Part shown: in pieces, positions 1-8,092 of the stretch
How the letters are laid out: every line of letters begins with the position of its first letter
How positions within the stretch are numbered: position 1 is the first letter of the stretch
Assembly (NCBI RefSeq): GCF_006345805.1
Contig: NW_021827680.1
Location: 1 to 13,914, forward strand
Source: Octopus sinensis
Taxonomy: Eukaryota
DNA length: 13,914 nucleotides
Direction of reading: 5' to 3'
The notes under the pieces: model-generated
What the model was told of the DNA's origin: nothing
The model's input: only the letters and a program-made list of their open reading frames with translations
Database searches by the model: none
Translations under genes and position numbers: made by a program

Positions 1-223
1 GGGGTGGGACGGTCAAGGACAATCTTTTGAACCCCCCCCCGATTCTTTCAAAGGCGAAAATAATAACAAGCAAAAGATTTTCTCCCTTACCATTAAGTCG
101 AAAGGGAATTCAAAGATGAAAAGGGACAGAGTGACACAGATTACCGCCAGAGGGCAGCACAATAGAAGAAATGGGCCGCCAAACAGAAAAGATTATTTGT
201 TGTAAGAAAGAAAGAAAGATCCA

Positions 224-366
224 TGGAATGGGAAGAATGCAATGGCGATATTAGACAAATTTGGGGACAGCAAGATGTTTGTAGGGGTCTTTGATATTCT
301 TACAAAGGGATAGGGCTGTCTGTGTATATTCGAGTGTAAAGCCATATTGTAAATGCATAAATGTAT
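224..366. repeat. ~140-bp direct repeat of unclassified sequence, copy 1 (copy 2 at 1450-1590)
   Basis: tggaatg...gacagcaagatgtttgtaggggtctttgatattcttacaaag...gggctgtctgtgtatattc...atgtat recurs at 1450-1590 with scattered substitutions. Confidence 0.9.
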
Positions 367-375
367 GCGTGGCCA

Positions 376-1266
376 TGTTTCGTCTGCGGCTGCGTTCTGA
401 GTTCAAATTCCGCCGAGGTCGACTTTGCCTTTCATCCTTTCAGCGTTGATTAAATAAGTACCAGTTACGCACGTTGATGTAATCGACATAAACTGTATGT
501 CTGTCCTTGTTTGTCCCCTCTGTGTTTAGCCTCTTGTGGGTAGTAAAGGAACATATACGTTCTGAGTTCAAATTACCCCGAGGTCGACTTTTCCTTTCAT
601 CCTTTCGGGGTCGATTAAATAAGTACCAGTTACGCACTGGGGCCGATATAATCGACTTAAACTGTATGTTTGTCCTTGTTTGTCCCCTCTGTGTTTAGCC
701 CCTTGTGGGTAGTAAAGAAATAGGTATTTCGTCTGCCGTTACATTCTGAGTTCAAATTCCGCCGAGGTCGACTTTGCCTTTCATCCTTTTGGGGTTGATT
801 AAATAAGTACCAGTTACGTACTGGGTCTGATATAATCGACTTAATCCCTTTGTCTGTCCTTGTTTGTCCCCTCTGTGTTTAGCCCCTTGTGGGTAGTAAA
901 GAAATATATATTTTGTCTGTCGTTACGTTCTGAGTTCAAATTTCGCCAAGGTCGACTTTGCCTTTTATCCTTTCGGGGTCGATTAAATAAGTACCAGTTA
1001 CGCACTGGGGCTGATATAATCGACTTAATCTGTTTGTCCCCTCTGTGTTTAGCTCCTTGTGGGTAGTAAAGAAATAGGTATTTTGTTTGTCGCTACGCTC
1101 TGAATTCAAATTCCGCCGAGGTCGACTTTGCCTTTCATCCTTTCAGGGTCGATTAAATAAGTACCAGTTACGCACTGGGGCTGATATAATCGACTTAATC
1201 CATTTGCCTGTCCTTGTTTGTCCCCTCTGTGTTTAGCCCCTTGTGGGTAGTAAAGAAATAAGTATT
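376..1266 (+). mobile_element. Tandem array of 5 head-truncated tRNA-derived SINE units (Meta-domain-like body), period 165-184 bp
   Basis: Anchor ttctgagttcaaatt (B-box-like GAGTTCAAATTCC) at 395, 560, 744, 928 and 1098. Each is followed by gtcgactttgcctttcatcctttcggggtcgattaaataagtaccag, which resembles the MetaSINE central domain as I recall it. Units end at gtagtaaagaaata. No A box in any unit. Confidence 0.85.
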
Positions 1267-1338
1267 GTAATTGATTTGAAGACAGTTTTTGTTTATAAGT
1301 TTTGAGTAAAACAGGCCAATGTTTGGAGGAAAATTGTT

Positions 1339-1448
1339 GAGTGGCTGTGTGGTAAGTAGCTTGCTTACGAACTACACGGTTCTGGGTTCATTTTCACTGT
1401 GTGGCAGCACCTTGGGCAAATGTCTTCTACTGTAGCCTTGGGCTGACC
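1339..1448 (+). mobile_element. Truncated, more diverged head of the main tRNA-derived SINE
   Basis: gagtggctgtgtggtaagtagcttgcttac...ggttctgggttca...ccttgggcaaatgtcttctactgtagccttgggctgacc matches the units at 1679 onward. Confidence 0.85.
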
Positions 1449-1449
1449 C

Positions 1450-1590
1450 TGGAATGAGGGAATGAAATGGCAATATTAGAAACATTTGGTGACAGCAAGA
1501 TGTTTGTAGGGGTCTTTGATATTCTTACAAAGAGTTAGGGCTGTCTGTGTATATTCTAGTGTTAGGCCATATTGTGAATGCTTAATGTAT
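1450..1590. repeat. ~140-bp direct repeat, copy 2
   Basis: Homologous to 224-366. Confidence 0.9.
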
Positions 1591-1678
1591 AGAAACAATA
1601 GAAAGTGAAAGTGAAACTAAAGGAGGTGAACATGGTAATTTAGTTTCCTTCTTAAATTCAGAAAAAAACATCTCTAAT

Positions 1679-1841
1679 AGGCGCAGGAGTGGCTGTGTGG
1701 TAAGTAGCTTGCTAACCAACCACATGGTTCCGGGTTCAGTCCCACTGCGTGGCATCTTGGGCAAGTGTCTTCTGCTATAGCCTCGGGCCGACCAATGCCT
1801 TGTGAGTGGATTTGGTAGACGGAAACTAAACGAAGCCTGTC

Positions 1842-1887
<46 letters not shown>

Positions 1888-2055
1888 AATATAGGCGCAG
1901 GAGTGGCAGTGTGGTAAGTAGCTTGCTTACAACCCACATGGTTCCCGGTTCAGTCTCACTGCGTGGCATCTTGGGCAACTGTCTTCTGCTATAGCCCCGG
2001 GCCGCCCAATGCCTTGTGAGTGGATTTGGTAGACGGAAACTGAAAGAAGCCTGTC

Positions 2056-2116
<61 letters not shown>

Positions 2117-2476
2117 GCGCAGGAGTGACAGTGTGGTAAGTAGCTTGCTACCCAACCACATGGTTCCGGGTTCAGTCTCACTGCGTGGCATCTTGGGCAA
2201 CTGTCTTCTGCTATAGCCCCGGGCCGACCAATGCCTTGTGAGTGGATTTGGTAGACGGAAACTGAAAGAAACTTGTCGTATATATATATATATATTATAT
2301 ATATATATGTTATATATAGGCGCAGGAGTGGCAGTGTGGTAAGTAGCTTGCTTACAAACCATGGTTCCGGGTTCAGTCCCACTGTGTGGCATCTTGGCAA
2401 GTGTCTTTGCTATAGCCCCGGGCCGACCAATGCCTTGTGAGTGGATTTGGTAGACGGAAACTGAAAGAAGCTTGTC

Positions 2477-2515
<39 letters not shown>

Positions 2516-2894
2516 CGCAGGAGTGGCTGTGAGGTTCCGGGTTCAGTCCCACTGCGTGGCACCTTGAGCAAGTGTCTTCTACTATAGCCTAGGTCTGACC
2601 AAAGCCTTGTGAGTGGATTTGGTAGATGGAAACTGAAAGAAGCCCGTCGTATATATGTATATATGTGTGTGTGTGTGTTTCTGTGTCTGTGTTTGTCCCC
2701 CTAGCATTGCTTAACAACCGATGCTGGTGTGTTTATGTCCCTGTTACTTAGCAGTTTCGGCAAAAAGAGAACCGATAGTATAAGTACTGGGCTTACAAAA
2801 AGAATAAGTCCCGCGGTCGATTTGCTCGACTAAAAGGCGGTGCTCCAGCATGGCCGCGGTCAAATGACTGAAACTAGTAAAAGAGTAAAAGAGT
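1679..2894 (+). mobile_element. SINE array 1: five ~164-bp tRNA-SINE 5' halves separated by (TA)n, the last continuing into one 3' tail
   Basis: Units start a(g)gcgcaggagtg at 1679, 1893, 2116, 2318 and 2513, with an A-box-like tggctgtgtggt and a B-box-like ggttcagtccc, and end gaagcc(t/c)gtcg before (TA)n. The tail tttgtcccc...gcggtgctccagcatggccgcggtcaaatgactgaaac...(aagagta)n spans about 2691-2894. Confidence 0.92.
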
Positions 2895-3207
2895 ATGTAT
2901 CCATGATGAAATTTCATTTCTGCTAAAGACCCTGAATAAATAGTGATCTCGTAAGGGATGCTGTTGGATTTTTATAAGTAGTGTAGAATCGTTTTTGTTA
3001 ATATAAACACTGTGTGGTCTATGGAGAAATTCCCCCCTCAGTGAGTGTCTTCATATATCTCAAGCCCAAGTTATGGATATTGTAACCGTATCTGCTGGTT
3101 TGGTGATATGCCGAATTGACAAAACTGGATAAATAGGATTGTGTTGAATGCAAAGTTTGGCAAAATTTTGATAAATTTTTCTCCTTTCTTCATCAAGTTA
3201 CGACCAA

Positions 3208-3546
3208 AGACGTAGGAGTGGCTGTGTGGTAAGTAGCTTGTTTACCAACCATATGGTTCCGGGTTCAGTCCCACTGCGTGGCACCTTGGGTGAGTGTCTT
3301 CTACTATAGCCTCGGGCCGACCAAAGCATTGTGAGTGGATTTGGTAGACAGAAACTGAAAGAAACCCGACGTATATATATGTATAGGCGAAGGAGGGGTT
3401 GTGTGGTAAGTAGTTTGCTTACCAACCACATGGTTCCGGGTTCAGTCCCACTGCGTGGAACCTTGGGCAAGTGTCTTCTACTATAGCCTCGGCCGACCAA
3501 AGCCTTGTGAGTGGATTTGGTAGACGGAAACCGAAAGAAGCCTGTC

Positions 3547-3597
<51 letters not shown>

Positions 3598-3757
3598 AGG
3601 TGTGGTAAGTAGCTTGTTTACCAACCATATGGTTCCGGGTTCAGTCCCACTGCGTGGCACCTTGGGTAAGTGTCTTCTACTATAGCCTCGGCCGACCAAT
3701 GCCTTGTGATGGATTTGTAGACGGAACTGAAAGAATCCTGTCGTATATATATAGTTT

Positions 3758-3789
<32 letters not shown>

Positions 3790-3952
3790 GGCCAGGAGTG
3801 ACTGTGTGGTAAGTAGCTTGCTTACCAACCACATGGTTCCGGGTTCAGTCCCACTGCGTGGCATCTTGGCAAGTGTCTTCTCCTATAGACTCGGGCCGAC
3901 CAAAGCCTTGTGAGTGGATTTGGTAGACGGAAACTGAAAGAAGCCTGTCGTA

Positions 3953-4028
<76 letters not shown>

Positions 4029-4827
4029 ATATATATATATATTATATATATATAATATATATATATATATTTGTATATATATAGGCGCAGGAGTGGCTGT
4101 GTGGTAAGTAGCTTGTTTACCAACCATATGGTTTCCGGGTTCAGTCACTGCGTGGCACCTTGGGTAATGGTCTCTACTATAGCCTCGGCCGACCAAAGCC
4201 TTGTGAGTGGATTTGGTAGACGGAAACAGAAAGAAGCCTGTCGTATATATATATATATATACAAATATATATATGAATAGGCGCAGGATTGGCTGTGTGG
4301 TAAGTAGCTTGCTAACCAACCATGTTGTTCTGGATTGAGTCCCACTGCGTAGCACCTTGGGTAAGTGTCTTCTGCTATAGCCTTGGGACGACCAAACCCT
4401 TGTGAGTGGATTTGGTAGAGGGAAACTGAAAGAAGCCCATCGTATATATATACATATATATAGGCGTAGGGGTGGCTGTGTGCTAAGTAGCTTTCTAACC
4501 AACCACATGGTTCCGGGTTCAGTCCCACTGCGTGGCATTTGGGTAGTTGTCTTCTACTATAGACTCGGGCTGACCATTGCCTTGTGAGTGGATTAGTTAG
4601 ACGGAAACTGAAAGAAGCCTGTCGTATATATACATTTAGGTGCAGGAGTGGCTGTGTGGTAAGTAGCTTGCTAACCAACCACATGGTTCCGGGTTCAGTC
4701 CCACTGCGTGACACTTTAGGTAAGTGTCTGGGTAGTTGTCTCCTACTATAGACTCGGGCCGACCAAAGCCTTGTGAGTGTATTTGGTAGACGGAAACTGA
4801 AAGAAGCCTCTCGTATATATGTATATA

Positions 4828-4879
<52 letters not shown>

Positions 4880-4880
4880 T

Positions 4881-4918
<38 letters not shown>

Positions 4919-4931
4919 AATATATATATAT

Positions 4932-4971
<40 letters not shown>
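3208..4971 (+). mobile_element. SINE array 2: eight 5' halves separated by (TA)n, no 3' tail
   Basis: Units start near 3208, 3385, 3595, 3789, 4083, 4279, 4462 and 4638. TA-rich spacers are about 13-135 bp, with a terminal TA tract at 4814-4971. Confidence 0.92.
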
Positions 4972-4973
<2 letters not shown>

Positions 4974-5087
4974 AAGAGCAATAAAGATTCCCGTTAATTG
5001 TAAAAAATTTACTTGAATATGGTACCTAACTTAGATGCACCAAACAAAATCTACTGATTTAACAATACCGTATGTGGGGTGATTATA

Positions 5088-5636
5088 AGCGAGAAAGAGC
5101 AACAAGAATGGATAGGTTTTTAGTACGATCGTTTCATACAAGGACAGGTTTATTAAAAGTTGCAAAGATACAGCATATAAACGAGTCCCGTACTCATCAG
5201 CTAAAATACATGTAAGTTCTCTAGACATCCTAGTGTTTGAGGCTATACTCATGAAGTAATGTAGATAATTAACAGATTTCTAAAGTTCATTAAAGTTCTT
5301 TAAAGATGATGCATAGTCTTATCACAGAATTTTAAAAGGTTTGGTAGCATCACAGAGAAGGTGACCTAATCATATGAATTTCCATAGATATGATGAGGGA
5401 TTATATACTCACAGAAGACCAATTTATCCATTGTTTAAAAATCTGTTTAATTATCTACATTACTTCATTAGCCTAAACAGTATAAAACACTATGATGTCT
5501 AAGAGAACTTACATGTATTTTAGCTGATGAGTACGGACTCGTTTATATTCTGTATCTTTGCAACTTTTAATAAAACCTGTCCTTGTATGAAACGATCGTA
5601 CTAAAACCTATCCATTCTTGTTGCTTCTTTCTCGCG
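5088..5636. mobile_element. MITE/foldback element, ~550 bp, with ~200-bp terminal inverted repeats and TA flanks (Tc1/mariner-type target inferred)
   Basis: Left arm gcgagaaagagcaacaagaatggataggtttttagtacgatcgtttcatacaaggacagg... (to ~5284) is the reverse complement of the right arm ~5434-5636 ending ...cctatccattcttgttgcttctttctcgc. TA at 5086-5087 and 5637-5638. Confidence 0.88.
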
Positions 5637-5668
<32 letters not shown>

Positions 5669-5678
5669 TATATATATA

Positions 5679-6062
5679 TTAGCAGTATCGCCCGGCGTTG
5701 CTCGGTTTGAAGGGAAATAACATATAAGCATTTTTAGAGAGTTATAGCAAAAACATAGCAAAAATGCATTAAAAATGGAATAAAAAATGATGGTAATTTT
5801 TTTTTAAATCGTTGACTCATCGTAGACATTTTTAGAGAGTTACTTCCCCCATATAATAGCGAAAAAATGCATGAAAATAAAAAAATGATGATAATTATTT
5901 TTAAAATCGTAGACTCATTGTAGACGCGTGCTAATACCACAGACGGCTCGATATGAATACCGACTATAAGATCCCGCTTTGGTTAAACTGCACCGCAAAA
6001 TGTGGAATAGTTAGGATCTAAATCGTTGGAGACAACACACAACTTGACTTCTATATATAAGA
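5679..6062 (-). mobile_element. Non-autonomous Helitron, copy A (384 bp)
   Basis: On the minus strand it begins TC(ttatatataga) and ends with the GC hairpin ccgagcaacgccggg plus cgatactgCTAA followed by T. Internal ~98-bp subrepeats at 5729-5827 and 5828-5925. Confidence 0.85.
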
Positions 6063-6724
6063 CTAGCAGTATCGCCCGGCGTTGCTCAGTTTGTAAGGAA
6101 TAACTATATAAGCATTTTAGAGAGTTATAGCAAAAAATAGCTAAAAATGCATTAAAAATGGAATAAAAAATGATGGTAATTTTTTTTTAAATCGTTGACT
6201 CATCGTAGACATTTTTAGAGAGTTACTTCCTTATAATAGCGAAAAAATGCATGAAAATGGAAAAAATGATGGTAAATTTATTTTAAAATCTCGTAGACTC
6301 ATCGTAGACGCTTTCTTAGCCATTTCTGTTTTGGTGTCTTCAAGCCATGAAGTCGTTGTTCTAAAAGACGCTGGTCGCCTTGACAACGCATTACGACGTT
6401 GATTTCCTTACCTCCCTTCCCCCAGCTTCACGAGGGAGGGAAGAAGGGGGAGAAGCAATCAGGTGCAGGTGTGACCATGGACGCCAACTCCGCCGCCATC
6501 GACACACGAAAAATTATGCATTAAAATGGAATAAAAAATGATGTTAAATTATTTTAAATCGTAGACTCATCGTAGACGCGCGCTAATAGCCAGACGGGCT
6601 CGATATGAATCACGACTATAAGATACCCTAATTTTGGTTAACTGCACCGCAAAATGTGGGAGTAGTTAGGAATCTAAATCGAAGGGGACAGACACTCACA
6701 CAACTACAGTTTTATATATATAGA
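6063..6724 (-). mobile_element. Non-autonomous Helitron, copy B (662 bp), same family as A with an extra ~200-bp segment
   Basis: Minus strand reads A|TCtatatatataaaactgtag...gagcaacgccgggcgatactgCTAG, abutting copy A. The A|TC ... CTAA|T boundaries of the pair fit the Helitron AT target. Confidence 0.88.
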
Positions 6725-6726
6725 TA

Positions 6727-6934
6727 TAGACAATTATGTGAGTATAATTTGCATATTATGTTGAAAAAGAAACAATTGTACCACATTAATCCACTTTTTA
6801 GTTGTATTTCACTTTCATTACGTCGAGGGTAGTGCTATTTCTATGTGGAGGTATCATCGGCGATTATACCGGAGGAGCTATTTCTAGCACTAGAGTTAAC
6901 CTATTTAACGTTAACTCTCTTATATTTACGGATA
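6727..6934. repeat. ~205-bp palindrome-rich direct repeat, copy 1 (copy 2 at 7691-7895)
   Basis: tagacaattatgtgagtataatttgcatattatg...ccggaggagctatttctagcactagagttaacctatttaacgttaactctcttatattt recurs 964 bp downstream. Confidence 0.9.
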
Positions 6935-6992
6935 AATATGTATTGTCTCCCTGGTTTATTGTTCTAGGTCGCTTGGTGTTAAAATAAGGGTA

Positions 6993-7008
6993 TTATTGAA
7001 TTAATATC
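6993..7008 (+). repeat. Target-site duplication, left copy
   Basis: ttattgaattaatatc versus ttattaaattaatatc at 7466-7481 (15/16 identical). Confidence 0.8.
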
Positions 7009-7113
7009 ACGTTGAAAGCACCGGTTCTCGTCTGATCACCGAAGTTAAGCAACGTCGAGCCTAGTCAGTACTTAGATGGGTGACCGCTTGGGAAACCTAG
7101 GTGCAGTAAGCAT
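7004..7113 (+). pseudogene. 5S rRNA retrocopy lacking about the first 10 nt
   Basis: atatcacgttgaaagcaccggttctcgtctgatcaccgaagttaagcaacgtcgagcctagtcagtacttagatgggtgaccgcttgggaaacctaggtgcagtaagcat is 110 nt of typical invertebrate 5S. Box A (agttaagcaacgtcg) and box C (tagatgggtgaccgc) are present. The 5' strand of helix I and the oligo-T terminator are missing. Confidence 0.92.
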
Positions 7114-7465
7114 AGCACATTGTGTGAAGGCACATGGCTCAGTGGTTAGAGCGTCGAGCTTACGATCGTGAGGTTGTGAGCTCGAATCCCGGAGCGGGCT
7201 GCGTGTTGTGTTCTTGAGCAAGGCACTTTATTTCACGTTGCTCCAGTTCACTCAGCTGTAGAAATGAGTTTCGACGTCTCTGGTGCCAAGCTGTATCGAC
7301 CTTTGTCTTTCCCTTGGATAACACTGGTGGCGTGGAGAGGGGAGGCTGGTATGCATGGGCGACTGCTGGTCTTCCATAAACAACCTTGCCCGGACTTGTG
7401 TCTAGGAAGGTAACTTTCTAGGTGCAATCCCATGGTCATTCATGACCGAAGGGGGTCTTTACCCT
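7114..7465 (+). mobile_element. Full-length tRNA-derived SINE (third family)
   Basis: A box tggctcagtggtt at 7135-7147 and B-box-like gagctcgaatccc at 7178-7190 (GTTC changed to GCTC). The central tgtgttcttgagcaaggcacttt...ctcagctgtagaaatgagtt resembles V/CORE-type SINE bodies. The 3' hairpin ggtcat-tc-atgacc is followed by the tail gggggtctttaccct. Confidence 0.85.
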
Positions 7466-7481
7466 TTATTAAATTAATATC
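7466..7481 (+). repeat. Target-site duplication, right copy
   Basis: ttattaaattaatatc immediately follows the SINE tail. Confidence 0.8.
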
Positions 7482-7690
7482 TAATTTTTCACCCTCATTT
7501 TTGAATTTATGAATTTGATACGCTGCAGTAAATATTACATGCAGTATTTGCTTCCACTAAGTCTTAGCATTTGCTTTCGGCGGGGAATTTGTAACTACAA
7601 CCCTGAATGTAATCGATCAGACAGCATGGGTAATCGTCGCCCGTGTGGGTCTGATAAATTGCATCGATGACAAATGTTGCTGAAGATTTA

Positions 7691-7895
7691 TAGACAAATA
7701 TGTGAGTATAATTTGCATATTATGTTGATAAAGAAGCAATTGTACATTAATCCACTTTATAGTTGTATTTCACTTTCCTTACGTTGAGGGCAGTGCTATT
7801 TCTATGTAGAGGTATTGTCGACGATTATACCGGAGGAGCTATTTCTAGCACTAGAGTTAACCTATTTAACGTTAACTCTCTTATATTTGCAGATA
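7691..7895. repeat. ~205-bp palindrome-rich direct repeat, copy 2
   Basis: Homologous to 6727-6934. Confidence 0.9.
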
Positions 7896-7902
7896 TATAT
7901 AT

Positions 7903-8092
7903 AACCAAAAAATAAGCAACAAGAATGGATCAGTAGTTTAGTACAATTGTTTCATACTATAAACATTTTATTAAAGCTGCAAATATTACAGCAAAATCTT
8001 ACCTGAAGAGTACTTGACATTATATTTGCTGTAATATTTCCAGCTTTAATAAAATGTTTGTAGTATGAAACAATTGTACTAAACTACCGATC
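7903..8092. mobile_element. Short foldback MITE remnant related to 5088-5636
   Basis: Arms ~7928-7995 and ~8025-8092 are near-perfect inverted repeats (gatcagtagtttagtacaattgtttcatac... / ...gtatgaaacaattgtactaaactaccgatc). The left end agcaacaagaatggat matches the TIR of the larger MITE. The right end is cut at the LINE fragment. Confidence 0.8.

Noticed and set aside
255-366. Minus-strand LQYGF peptide resembling a LINE RT motif
   Set aside because: The match is too short, the duplicate copy reads QYGL, and no other RT motifs follow.
1679-1750. True tRNA genes at the SINE heads
   Set aside because: They have A/B-box similarity only, no valid cloverleaf, and run directly into the SINE body.
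1679-4971. CRISPR-like repeat-spacer appearance
   Set aside because: Repeats are ~164 bp SINE halves and the spacers are (TA)n microsatellite. There are no cas genes and the context is eukaryotic.
1582-5016. Long ORFs of up to 278 aa in the ORF track (similar ones at 8766-9136 and 11160-13124)
   Set aside because: They are translations of SINE units and (TA)n tracts giving IY runs, with no domain signal.
6745-6755. Octamer motif ATTTGCAT upstream of the 5S copy as a Pol III distal element
   Set aside because: The 5S arrived by retroposition, the motif is also present in the second repeat copy with no gene downstream, and an 8-mer is expected by chance in AT-rich DNA.
7004-7113. Functional 5S rRNA gene or 5S array
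   Set aside because: It lacks the first ~10 nt needed for helix I, has no adjacent oligo-T terminator, is a single copy, and lies within a TSD.
6727-7895. TRIM/Cassandra-like LTR element carrying 5S
   Set aside because: No TG...CA termini, PBS or PPT are evident. The 5S is internal and has its own TSD, rather than being in the direct repeats.
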